A stretch of DNA of 64,000 nt from Isurus oxyrinchus (Eukaryota), in the NCBI GenBank assembly GCA_026770705.1, contig JANJGN010000036.1, positions 2,542,001-2,606,000 on the forward strand, written 5' to 3'. The notes under the pieces were generated by a model. The model was not told the DNA's origin, ran no database searches, and worked only from the letters and a program-made list of their open reading frames with translations. Shown one piece after another: positions 12,181 through 24,800 of the stretch. The position numbers and the translations under genes were made by a program. Positions within the stretch are counted from its first letter, which is position 1; each line of letters begins with the position of its first letter.

Positions 12181-13249
12181 ATGATTGGATAAGACGAGAG
12201 AATCTGTTGCAGCCGTGAATGCTAGTGAAACAAACCTTAACATTTGGAGCAGCCGTTCAGAAGTGACCTCGGGGAGCACCAGAACACAAATAGGGGAGGT
12301 GGGGATACCAACTAGAATTTGATATTTACATTCAATCCTAAAGCATTGCGAAGTATTTGGAGATAGAGACCAACCATGATGTAATTAAATGGGGTGTCAA
12401 GGTCCTGGGCCGAATGTCTTAACGCTGCTCCTGATGTCTATATGATGATAATAGTTTCTATTTTCCCCCATAGACTCTTTATGCTCGCCTGGAGTTTACT
12501 GCAGATCCGACGTCCTAATGGTGAAGAACAGTCACTGGATGAAGCAGGAGATGACGCGTTGAAGAACATTTCCACCATGGAATTCAGTAAGAAGCATTGT
12601 CCAGTGGTAATTCCAACATTTACCTCGATCTTGTGCCGTGCTCGTGAGTTTTGACCCTCAGTGTCATAGGTGTGGAAATGTAATCTAGAAGGTGTCAGCA
12701 CTTCGCCTAGACGGTGTTTCACTTTTATGTTAATGATGTAACATCCACCTGTCACCAACGAGTGACCCCTCAGATGTATTTCCCAATATAGAAACGATTT
12801 AGCACTTATTGTGGATTTGTCATTTTTATTGTTCTCATTTTTATTATTATTATTATAATTATTATTATTATTATTATTATCCGTCACGTATATGGCCATC
12901 GATGTTATCTTAACATGAACACGGACATATACAGAGATATAACTGCATACCTAAACATTGTATAACACTGCAAAATGTGGTTTCCTCAAACAAAGAGAAA
13001 CGGCAGAGATAACACTGTAGATCAGTGCCTGTCGAAGGAACTGCTCCTTAATACTTAACTGAGCCTTCTATTATTAGTTCTCAGTGCGGTTTCCAGTTAG
13101 ATCGATAATGGGGACTGGATTCGAATTAAGGTGATGAATACAGACTCCTAATGAGCTATGTTAGCAGAGAGACATATCCCTTCCTATCTGAAGCTAAATG
13201 CAGAGAAAAGTATCAAACAAGCATTGCTGGTTTTAAATCGAAGAATGAG

Positions 13250-13625
13250 ACATAACCTTACTGAAACTTATAAGATTCTGAGGGAGCTTTGACAGGGTAG
13301 ATGTTGAGAGGTTATTTGCCATCGTGGGGAATCTGGAACTAGTGTTCATAGCTTCAGAATGAGGGTTTCCCATTTACGACAGAGACGATGTGATGTTTCT
13401 TCTCTCAGATTGATTTTTGAATTGTCCTGCCCAGAGAGCAGTTGATGCTGGGTCAGGGAACATGCTGAAGTCTGAGGTAGACAGATTTTTGATTAGCAAG
13501 GTAGCTAAAGATTATGGGAAGCAGATATGAAAGTGAAGCCAAGGCCGCAATCAGTTCAACCATATTCTTATTGAATGATGGCACAGGCTCGGGGGCACAA
13601 ATATTCTATTCCTGCTCCTATTTCT
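13250..13625 (+). mobile_element. CR1-type LINE 3' end/UTR fragment
   Basis: ctgaaacttataagattctgagggga...gacagggtagatg...; same tail architecture as 2220-2600. Confidence 0.6.
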
Positions 13626-14074
13626 GAGGATAGTTTAATATTTGGACAATTGAAATAAATGTTCGGATGGGAATTGTTGACTGGTCTAAGATCAATCTTA
13701 AAAGAAACAGGAAAATGTTTTAAAAATCTACACCAAACGATTGGGTGTTAGGTTGAACTGGTTTTGACACCTTGTTAAATACAGGGAGACTGTTAAGAAA
13801 TTTACAAAATGGTTCCATTGCGCCCTTGCTTCGTGGGAACTTTTCATTCCGATTCCTGAAACAAGGAGCTGCAATGGGTATTTAAAATTGACGCGCATTA
13901 AACAAACGCTCATTAAAATTGCCTTGTTAAATTTTAATATCGATGCCAGCAGCCGGATTAATGAACCCGTTTCCCAATTAAGATGAAGATGAGAACCCGG
14001 ATTATCGCGATGCTCATCGCAAAGGGTCAAATTGCTGCATCAAAATCGAGACAAAACATTTAGAAACTTCTGCT

Positions 14075-14226
14075 AAAAACAAAAAAACTGCGGATGCTGG
14101 AAATCCAAAACAAAAACAGAATTACTTGGAAAAACTCAGCAGGTCTGGCAGCATCGACGGAGAAGAGCTTCTCCGCCGATGCTGCCAGACCTGCTGAGTT
14201 TTTCCAGGTAATTCTGTTTTTGTTTT
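14075..14226. mobile_element. Young Penelope-derived palindromic insertion (centre deleted)
   Basis: 59-bp inverted arms (14107-14165 / 14168-14226, 2 mismatches). Target-site duplication agaaacttctgct at 14062-14074 and 14227-14239. Confidence 0.8.
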
Positions 14227-17200
14227 AGAAACTTCTGCTGGCTGACATCATTCTTTTATGGGACTCCTTCATGGGAAACTTGAGCCAATTGTTAAGTTAA
14301 AGCAGCAAATCCGTGCTGCAAGTTCTCCGCAAGGCTCCACAGGAACCCATGTCAAGGAATCTTCAGGAGAATTCTGAGCGACGGAAGCTGGGTGAGAAGA
14401 GGGAGATACATTCATCTTAATGTGACTAACGTGATAGAATGAAATACTTTCAGAATTGGTTCTGAAATGAACAGACAGTGTTGTTCCTCACTGGGTGCCT
14501 GAACTGTTTTGCAGAAATTCTTGACCTTGAAAAACAAAGAAGTGAGTCAGTGACCCTTGCAGCAGAGAGCGGGGCCGGGCAGCAAAGAGGCTGTGACAGC
14601 GAGCTTCAGAAAGACGCCTCGATCACAGCCCATTCCGAGAGTGTGAAAAGCACATCGAGGGCGGAAATCGTTGATCCAGATTCTGACCATTTTACACATG
14701 AGATGGAAAGTTGTCCGAGCCAGAAGCTCTTAGTGGGTTTCCTGTTATTTTACCTTATGTTATGCAAGCTTCACGTACCGAAATGTCTTCAGATTTGAAA
14801 GGCTGGATATCAATGTTAAGCTCCAGAGAGAAGGCGGCTTGCTCCAAAGGTAGATTCAACCGAACAGAGAAGAAGTTGGTTTACAATGAACCTCATTTAC
14901 AGCGCCCTTATCGACGTGGCATCTGGTCACTGTTTATCTTCAATCCCGGTCTAGAATAAAATTTACAGGTTCCCAATAGTATTCACAAATGATGCCTTCA
15001 CTTCACCTGCGGCTCACCGCGAATACAGTGTCTATTACCCATACACAGGGAACAGTGCAACAGCTCACTCAGGCTTTTAATGTAGTTTTCAATACAATCC
15101 ACACACAATTCACTCAATATGTTGAAGTCTAGGTATTGAGGAGAATGTATCTAGAATATCAAGGTGCAATTCAGGTGAGGTTGTTGAAACATATATTACT
15201 TTGCATGAGACTTTATTTTTGGGGTACATTTCATGCCGTCCTATTACAGAATGTTTCACGTAGTTAACAGAGAGCTTGTGAAGTCTGCAGCATCTGATTT
15301 TATGTCAAACTCCCACTCGTCCATTTAATTGGAGTTGGGCAAAGTCCTCATCCTTCTCCTGATCTGATAATATTAACGATAAGCTAATGTCCATGATAGA
15401 ATTTACCTGTCAGACTTTACTGCGAATTTCCTGCTTTTTCCCTTCCAACGTTCTCCTTTAATTTAGTTTATCTCTACAATGAGGACATTCCGCCCTTCCC
15501 TGCCTCTCTCCTTCCTCTCACGCCCACCCAACCGTTTTGCTTTCATATATTAGCCAATGGAATTTCAGATAAGGCCAATCCCAACACAATGTCATTTTAG
15601 AGTAATGTCAATATATGTTCATTTGTGAGAGACAAATATGGAATCATATTGGGCAGCATATGCCTTTGTGTGTGCGTGTTTCTATGTGTATGTGTGTGTT
15701 TGTGTCTGTGCGTTTGTGCTTTTGTGTGTCTGTGTTTAANNNNNNNNNNNNNNNNNNNNNNNNNNNNNNNNNNNNNNNNNNNNNNNNNNNNNNNNNNNNN
15801 NNNNNNNNNNNNNNNNNNNNNNNNNNNNNNNNNNNNNNNNNNNNNNNNNNNNNNNNNNNNNNNNNNNNNNNNNNNNNNNNNNNNNNNNNNNNNNNNNNNN
15901 NNNNNNNNNNNNNNNAGGTTTATGTGTGTGTGTTTATGTGCGTGTGTGTTTGAATGTGATTGTCCGTACCTCAGTGGGTCGATGTTCACCTCTGTCACAA
16001 CCCACCTCCCTCACCCACCTAAACACCCCACAGAGTCAGAAGTGGAGGGTTCGAGTCATCATGCTGGAGATTTGAGCAATAAGTGTAGACTAACTCTTCA
16101 CTGCAGACCCTAGGGAGCGCTGCACTGACTAAGGTGCTGCTTTCAGATTCTGTGTTAAACCTTGGCCCTTTCTGCCAATCAGGCGGTGTGAAAGGTGCAC
16201 CGTCGCTTTTCCGTGAAGAGGTGGGGATTTGGTTGTCTCCCGTGACATGAGCGATATTAAAATCTCTCGACTGACATCTAAAAACACATTTTCTAGGTCA
16301 TAATCTCATTGTTTCTTTCCTGGGATCTTACTCTGCGCAATATAGCTGCCCCGTTACCAATATTACAATGAGTGAGTGCACTACAAGAAGTGTCTGAAAA
16401 AATAAATGGGGTTGCTGAAACCTTGAAAAGCGTGATATTAACACAAGCCTTTTAATTGTGTCTGTGTTATTCTATCTGGATACGATTAATTCTGTGGGAC
16501 CTCTCCAACGGCAGAGATGGCTTAGAGCAAAACATGGTAATCTGATTGGCGAGTTAACATCAATGCAATCTAATAAAATTGAGATTCATCACCCCAATTT
16601 TCTGATTACACCTTGGTGATTTTTGTATTAAGTTGCTTTCCCAATTCTGCTTCTCTATTCCAATGCATTCATTCAGGCAATTCTTGCAACGGCACATTTA
16701 GCAAAACATTATAAAACTAAATAGGGAACAATGAAAGCAGAGATAATGATACATTTCAAAAGGCAGCATATTTGTGGCAGAAAAAATGCAAAGATATGGG
16801 GAAGGACTTGGACGAATTGGGTTACTTTTTCAAAGAGTTGGCACAGGCACCATGGCCCGAATGGTTTCCTTCTGTGCTGTATCATTCTATGATTCGATCA
16901 AGCACTATTACACAGATAACCTGAATTAACCTTTAACTACTTTTGAAAGTGAATACATATGCCAGTCTCAGGGTAGCCCTCCCTAAACACTTCCTGGAGT
17001 TTGCTGCATTGAAAAATAAATTACAATGAAGACGGGATGCAGATAAGAATCTGCACATTTTCTCTCTGATGAATTATGGAGGAAGCAGGATTTTCCAAAT
17101 AACCCACAGCCTCGTGGACAGAAAACGGAGCCATGGAGACCCCCATAATTTAAGTAAACTACTCCAGCCAGAATTTACAAAACACTGTGTCCTTTTGTGA

Positions 17201-20200
17201 AATATGAAATAAGTTGTTTTCAGGATTGTTGAGTGTATTCCACTTTCTTCTAATTCAAATGTGAAAGAAACACTGAACAAATCTTAGGGACATTCTTCAG
17301 TTTCTCTGGACCTTTTCTGCTGAACCTGAAATTCCAGTTAATGACAGGATTTCTATTGCGTTGCAAACGTCGTATGGAAATAAATAAAATAAATTATTTT
17401 TCCATTATAACGATTCATCAGAGGTTTGCATCGATCAATAATTAGCTTATAATTCAAAGTTAAACGGATGAAACTGCAAATCATGTTGAACTGACAATAT
17501 CCACACTGGATTGAGATGGTTTGGTGCTGGTGTTCTCTGCACAAGGTGTGATGTGTTTAATCATTTACATCATTAGATCACAGCAGGAGATGGGGACGGG
17601 CCCTCATGCAGGAACCTTGTGATGGCTCCATTTTACTTTTACACAGTGTGTTCTTCTTTGAGATTAGTATTAAATACATATGGCAGAGCCTTTGGTTCAG
17701 TGCAGTGTGTTTTGGAAGAAGGGGTGATTTTGCAGCTATGTTTCCCCAAGCCGATCACCACTGGGGCATTCAATCCTCATGCCTGGAATGTTGTAGACAA
17801 ATTAATAGGGATTTATTGCCATAGCAACCTATTATCATCGTACCACTGAACTTCCAGGTTGGTAGGGTGCAACCTAGATTGATTGTTTTTTTTTTCCATT
17901 TGCCTGTTTTTATTTCCCTATTTTTCTGATCCCAGGTTTGCAAAATTTTGCAACGAAGTTTTCTTTCAGAGAGATAGAGGATTACCCCACAGCCGGGCAA
18001 ACTTCATTGTCGATCAGGGTCATATCAGTCTAAATATTCCCATTGTCTTTATTCTGGAATCAAAATGTGAAGCCGGATGAGACGGACGAGCAACAAAAAC
18101 AGCTCCTGCTAAAGTCACTTTCAAGATCCATCTCCCAGAAACTTTCCAATAAACTTGTCGAGGATTTAACTGAGCTCCTGACTGTGCTGACCTTGTTAAC
18201 GTGAATTTAGGTTGTATTGTAGTGTTACTTACACCAGATATATGTTTACCAGGACGCGGCTTAAGAAAGTTAAACTACAAGAAAAGGTGGCTCAGTCTAG
18301 GCTTGCATTCCCTCCGTGATGATGTTTCAGGACCTCACGAGCCTCCTCCCACACCCTCTGCATCCCGCGCCATCAACACATCATTCCATTCATTTTTCTC
18401 TCATGTGATTATTCAAGTTCCACTGAAAAGCACGTCTGATTGTCACCTCAACTTATCCCCCTGGGATCGAGTTCCGCATTACACCCACACCCTGGGTTAA
18501 CAAGAGTGTCATGAATTCCCCACTGGATGTATTAGTGAATATCTAAAACTGATGGCCTATCGTTCTGGTCACCCCCTCAAGTATCCAGTCATTACATAAT
18601 TTTGAAGACCTTTATCGGGTCACCCCTTCAGTCTTTCCTTTTCTCGAGAAAAGAATGCCAGCCTGTTCAATCCTATCTGAAATCATGAACTCTCATTCCG
18701 GATATCATTCTACTAGAATTGTTCCCAAATTTTAAACAGCACACATCTCCTATATAAAGATGTCCTGAATTGCCGATTCAATGAGCGCATTTGGACTGAG
18801 CGAACAAACAACTTCAAAAGACAAATGCAGTGCTTGGATTTCAAAACCTGCTTTAATGGGTTGGTAAATTGGACATTGATGTTCTCTTTCATGTTCATGC
18901 TGAAACAAAGATCCTCAATTAACTTTAAAAAACTCTAACACAACAAAGCAACACATGTAAAAACTGAGCAGAAAGGTAAAATGTCCTAATGTCCACATTC
19001 TCTTGAAATGGAGCCGGTTCTATTAGGCATGCAGTCATTCCAGTAGGTGATACATTGCCTCATTATTACTGATAAATCTGCGTTCAGAGTTTGCGATGAC
19101 AATGTATTAGGAAGGTTCACACATCCAGGCTTTCCGCCAATGAGGACGAAAAAACAGGAAACTTTCCAGAGCACGTCATATCCCGGATGCAGCATATGAG
19201 CTGTCAATTTCCATTGCTATCAGAGTGTGGGGTCCGCAAAAACCGCCAGCCGAGCATAAAGAGTCTGCAACAGAATGCACAGACAGTGATCATGAGAAAC
19301 AGCATCATCAGGGGGCAGAGAGAGGACATTCAGTCCTTCGAGCCTTTCCCGCTAGACAGTTAAATCATTTTGGATCCGCATCGCAATCCTATTTACCCTC
19401 GTTGCTACCATAACACTTAATACAACGAAAATCTATCACACTGTGTTTCAGCATTTTCAGTTGACCCCTCATTTAATTTTGTTTACATGTGTTGTCAACG
19501 TGCTATTGAAAAGGTAAACTCTGTTATCTTAAAGCATGCGCCATGCAAAGTCTCATACACACATATGACTGTAACCAGAAACCTTCAATCTTGAATTTAA
19601 AATCTGCCACCCCTATTTACAGTCGCAAAGAACGATTTCTATTCATAGATACCGCCTTTTCTTCTGTACGTGCTCTGGAATATTTCAGTTCCTTATCAAT
19701 GTTCATGTTGCCTGTTAGGAAGAGGATTTTAAAATGAGTGTAACTGTCCACATTTCACACTGAACCGGCTGAAAGTGTACACAGCTCTGCGACAAGTAGA
19801 TAGATTAAGAGCGCTCCTGAGTTATAACATCTCCCTACAATCTCTTCCTGTCTGCTGGTTCTTGCAGATCCTTCTCCCGGCGAGCAAGACTAACGCCAGA
19901 AGGAATACCGCCGCCAACAAACTCCTGGAATGCGAGAAACTGCAGGGGGCAGGTAGCGGTGAATCTGGAGAGCAAAGAAAAAAGCATTGTATTTGAAAAT
20001 AAATCCCGTAACTGAAGCCTTTTGACTCTGACAGAACGTTCAAGTAGACTCTAGCACACCGGAGCTAGAGATGGGGAAATAATGTCAGTCTTGTTAATAT
20101 CATCATCTCCGGGTCATGAAAAAAAACGCTGAAACACATTAGAAAAGCAAAGCGAATTTGAAAAGCTGAAATCAGATGGATGGATATGGAGAGATAAATA

Positions 20201-20919
20201 GAGTTAGAGGGACAATTATAGAGATAGATAGATGGATGGATCGATAGAAGGATAATGGGATAGATAGAAAGGCAGACGGACAGGTAAGCAGAGAGGCAGG
20301 TAAGTAGATAGATAGATACACACATATATACTCACGTACACAGATAAATGCATACATACATAAATATATGTAAGGACAATAATATGACAGCACTACACAA
20401 GAATGACCAGAGTGGTGTGGGACACAGGATGAAGCAATGGGGCCTCCAAGTTTCTGCGGACCCTTCAAAGTCCACATTGCAATTCAGCACTTCCAAACCC
20501 CATCAAACTCATCCATCCCCTGCATTCATCTAACTTTCTATCCATCTTCCCACATCTACTACAAGCTGCACGCTTTATAATTTCCCAATAGCCATCTTGT
20601 GAGGCACATGAAGTCCTGTGGAAATCCATTCACGTAATATCCAACGTATTCTCTTTAAATATCCATTCAGACATTTCTTCAGCATAAAAGCTCTATTCAA
20701 CTCTTTAAACATAACCACACTTTCACAAACCGGTGCGGGCTGACCTTAGCTACCCCATCTACTGGGAAATGCTCACCTATTTCATTTAGAATAATGGATG
20801 GTAAAAGTTTGACCGCCAGTCATGTTAGACTGAGTTGCTTATAGTTCCCAAACTGACTTCTATGCTCTGCTTTTGATTCAACATTAGGATTAGAAGGTTT
20901 TTGCTAGGAATGATGACGA

Positions 20920-21065
20920 TTAGGGTTAAGGTTCTGCTTAGGTTTGGGTAAGGGTTAGGACTAGCATAAGGGTGAGGATTAGGGCTGAGATTTTGGTTCG
21001 GGTTCGGAGCAGGTTTCACGTCAGGGTTAGGATTAGGGTTAGGATTAGTGTTAGAGCTAGGGTTA
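20920..21065 (+). repeat. Degenerate (TTAGGG)n-like interstitial hexamer repeat
   Basis: ttagggttaagg...cagggttaggattagggttaggattagtgttag. Confidence 0.7.
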
Positions 21066-21149
21066 TACACTCACTGGAAATGAGTCTAAATCGGATATAG
21101 GAGCAGAGTGAAATTGGTTACAGACACAAACACACATGGCATCAGAAAC

Positions 21150-21830
21150 AGAGTTTAATAAGGCCACAAAAAGCAACACACCCAGCACTGGGAGTAATGC
21201 CTAAATAAATTGAAATGAAAAATAGAAAAACCTTTGTTGAAGTTATCATTAGATTAGTTGGACAACACTTGTAGTCATGTGAACAACTTTCATCTCAAGA
21301 GTATAAAAATAATATAGAACATTGGAAAGGGGGTAACAAAAATCCTTTACCTGGATGACATCAACGCTGAGAGGTTATAATTATCAGAAAGCTTGAAAAG
21401 ACTGGGGTACTTTTCTCTACAAAAGAACAGACGAAAGGTTGACCAGATGGAGATCTTTAGGCTTTTGAAGTGGTTTGTGAGGATAGAAGTAGAAACATTT
21501 TTTCGACATTGTAGGGTAGAGAACTGGTCTCTGGGCCATCAATAAATAACAGTCCCTAATATCTCCAATCAGGGATTGAGGAGAAATTTATATACCCAAA
21601 GAATAGGGAGAATGTGGAACTCGTTACTACAAGGAGTGGTTAAGGTGGATAGCACAGATGCATTTAGGGCAAAGCTGGATAAACACATGAGGTCGGAAGT
21701 AAAAGAAGGATATGTTGATTCTGTGATTTAAGGTGGGAATGGAGAGGGCTTGTGTGGAGCATAAATAGCAGCACGGAGCAGAGGAGCCGAATGGCCTGTC
21801 TCTGTCCTGGAAACTCTGTGGAATATCGAT
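21150..21830 (+). mobile_element. Degenerate CR1-type LINE 3' fragment
   Basis: Remnants such as ...gagaggttataattatcagaaag...tgtggaactcg...gccgaatggcctg; the same element lies in the paralogous introns near 5800-6150 and 46200-46870. Confidence 0.55.
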
Positions 21831-24800
21831 AAAAACAGAAAGGAATCAGCGGAGAAAGTAGTAAACGGAAAACTGGGGTGTTATTTTATCATTGACATTC
21901 TAGAATGTCCTTTTTCCCGCCATACACATTAATCCCAATGAGACAGATAGATGAATATTTCATAATGCTTTACACTTGGAAAATGAGATGTTTTAGAGAG
22001 GGGTCATTGGCACATGGGAAGGGGGAATATTTAACGTTCAAAGAGATATTGCCAAAAATAAGCGACATATAAACTAAAGCAGGAAACTATTAATAGCTAC
22101 CTCTCTCAGACAAGGAACTTTCACTGAGAAGAGCTTCACTGGAGTTGATTTTAGCGGCTGAAGTAAAGCGAGAGCAGCTGCTCCAATTCCCGCCCGAAGA
22201 ATTATATGGCTCCTGACGGCACAAGTTCCGTCCGTCTCGATGGTCCCAAAGTCGCTCTGCCGTTCAGTATCGCTTCCGCAAACATTCCAGCGGACAGCAA
22301 ACGAATCGGTGTCCACACCCTTCACCAAACACACCAAAGGGACGCTTTCCATTGAGGCAATTTCAGCTGGTGGCGGAATTAAGAGGTAGAGTATTGGAGA
22401 TCCTGGCGGGATGGAGAGATAGGATTCAATCGCTATTGGGTATAAGCTGCTGATTAGTTATGGTGCAAAGTGTAAAATAATCGTAATGTTTACCTGTAAT
22501 GAGCAACTTGGAACTTCCAACCATCAAGGGCATTCCGCTGAGCTCATTAGCTGAACAGTAATACACACCCGAATTATTGCATGTCCGTAATGACCAGAGA
22601 ATAGAGAGTGTATGTCTGGTTAACGTCTCCCAAAAATCTCCTGGTTGGAGAGTTGTATTTTGTCACAGCGTAAACAAGTTGTCGATTCTCCTGGTGCTGA
22701 TATTGATACCACTGGACTGCTCCCCCTGCCAACCAGCCGGTGTGACAATGCACCTTGTAGGTACTTCGAAGCGAGAGACTATGGGCCGCCGGAGTCTGGG
22801 ATAAAACTGCCTGAGATACAATATCTGAGAGGGACAAAAATCAACACTAGAGGTTCTGTTGTGGCAGCAAAAGAGAACATGTTTCCCCTTAAGAATTGGC
22901 TACAGCAGTAAACTATAAAACAGAGCAGCCCCTGATTCATAGATCCGGTGGACTCAAGTGCTGAAGGTTGTATTTGAAACAATTGCAGGCGCCAAGTTGA
23001 AAGAGAAACGGGTTTGCAGCCAGTGAAGGTTCTTTTCAAGTGCAGCCGCTGTTGTAAACAGGGAATTCGGGGAATTTGCGCACAGCAAGATTCCACACAC
23101 AGCAATGTGATATTCACCCAGATTGTTTTTTCTGACGTTGTAGAGGGATAAAATCTGTCCCGGGGAGGCCAAGGAAAACAACCAGCCCCCGGATCATCAA
23201 CCGACCCTCCCCCCACCCACCAACCCCACGTCCACCCAAAGTCGCCCGACCTACACCACCAATCCCCCCGCGTACCCCCACCCCAAACCCACTCCACCAC
23301 CCCCCCCCCCACCCCCCACCACACCCAGCATCGCCCCGGCTCTTTTGTGTGCTGGGGAAATGGAACGCTTTTCACTCCAAAGGGGCAGACAGGGGATCTC
23401 TGTTCACCAGGTAGTCCGATCGTTTGGAGAATGGTGACATGTGATCGATTATGATGAGGTGGGATCACGTTTTTCTTCAACATGAAGCTAATATGATAGG
23501 ATGTAGGTTTGGAATAATTTTACACCTGACTGACTACCTCAGTGGCCTCAGAATTGCAATAAGACATTTCTGAATGAAGAGTGAAGAAGACACAAACCTG
23601 GAAACAGATGCAGCAATGCGCAGGACGTTAACAATCTCATGTTCGGCACTCCCGGACAGGTTGCTCTGCAATTTACACAATCTCTTCTCTCCGATGTCTC
23701 TGTGCTCGGCCTCAGGGCCCGGAAGACATGGGGAAATTGCACATTTTGCAGAGATTAGGTGCACCGTTCAACATTAGCATACTGGAAAAATCAGCCCCTG
23801 TAACTGTTGGCTGAGAGTTTCCTCTTTACAAGTTTGGAGTCCACGCACAGCTCTGCCTGCAAAGGGCAACATGTTACAGCTCGTGTGAAAAGCCTGTGAA
23901 AGGTGGGACGCGGCCCAGAGTGGCTCAAACTGTAGGCAAAAGGCAATGGTGCTGAACCAACAATATTTATGCTTGTGACTTTTGCGTGGGCGCAGCGTTA
24001 ACACCCCCATTTCCGAGCGTTGTGTTTAATTCCTCCACAACACACTAATTTATTCTAGTCTCCACAAAAATAACATGCCAGCTTGAAGAAAGCAGGAATC
24101 AGATGTTAATACTTTAGTCACTGTTTCACCCAATACCTGTCTCCACGCCTGTCGTGTTGTGTCAGAATTACTCCTTCACTCGCACCCAAGCCCCTTGCAC
24201 CAATTACCCTGGATCTGTAATATAGCCATTCTCTGAGAGGGATCCTGTACGGCCAGGAGGGCAGAGTTGCATAGAAAGCTACTGTGAGGTGGAAAGTGAA
24301 TCTGGGTCGATTTAATTGCTGAAGTGTCCCATATCAAGCTGGAAACATTCCAGCCCTTGGCCATACAGCAGCCATACACTCACAAAACGTTTAGATATAG
24401 TCACCATTGATTGTTGGGGAATCTTGGCCAGAGAGGAGCAAAATCCCTTTTAAGCATGTGGAACAGGATATACAAAACAGAAGAGAATGTACCAAACCAA
24501 GCTTTACTGTAGAGAAAGTGTGGGCGCAGCGGTGCTCCGATGGATAGACAGGGGTTATGGAATGAAGGTGGCTAGACAGAGTTAAAGTATCGATCAATAG
24601 CCTGATTTAATTGCAGAACAAACTCAATTGAGAGGATGTATGGCCTCCTCCTGCTGCATTGTTCCAGTAGGATTTGGAGGTCAAGCTAGTAAAAGACAAA
24701 TTGAGTACTGATATCAGAAGGTCTATGACAATTAGACGGATTAACATTGGGAAATGTTCTCTGGGTAGGGCGAATGGTGTGGCGAGTTGGGGGTTGGGTA

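Larger units (their letters stand above)
8070..12518 (+). pseudogene. Type 1 VJ-C1-TM receptor, copy 2; near-intact (single 1-nt frameshift in C1, leader exon not found)
   Basis: AG/GT-bounded exons: V-J 8070-8408 (open; VHC..WYKQ..DSGVYYCAARKTPGKSLVFGTGSKL), C1 8871-9172 (302 nt vs 303 in copy 4; frame breaks near 8905), TM 11063-11176 (EPRISACLLLFYRSSLVIFLLLLTLTVVAGWSYIKRHS), cytoplasmic 11312-11370, terminal 12474-12518 (TLYARLEFTADPTS*). Confidence 0.85.
19220..23640 (-). pseudogene. Type 1 VJ-C1-TM receptor pseudogene (copy 3), all six exons recognisable
   Basis: Leader 23598-23640 (MRLLTSCALLHLFP). V-J 22494-22824 (stop/frameshift at DMQ*, then SGVYYCSANELSGMPLMVGSSKLLIT). C1 22101-22402 (frameshift after SHIILRAG). 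TM 19848-19964 (donor GT->GA). Cytoplasmic 19653-19711. Terminal 19220-19264 (TLYARLAVFADPTL*). Confidence 0.9.

Noticed and set aside
14478-14798. 106-aa ORF with a C-terminal hydrophobic stretch (tail-anchored-like)
   Set aside because: No recognisable domain or true start, and a strong GTGAGT donor at 14542 suggests that at most the first 27 nt after the acceptor are exonic.
15739-15915. ORFs spanning N runs (also 32016-32239 and 56848-57001)
   Set aside because: Assembly gaps, two of them within microsatellites; the translations are artefacts, although the gaps could hide sequence such as the missing type 2 last exon.
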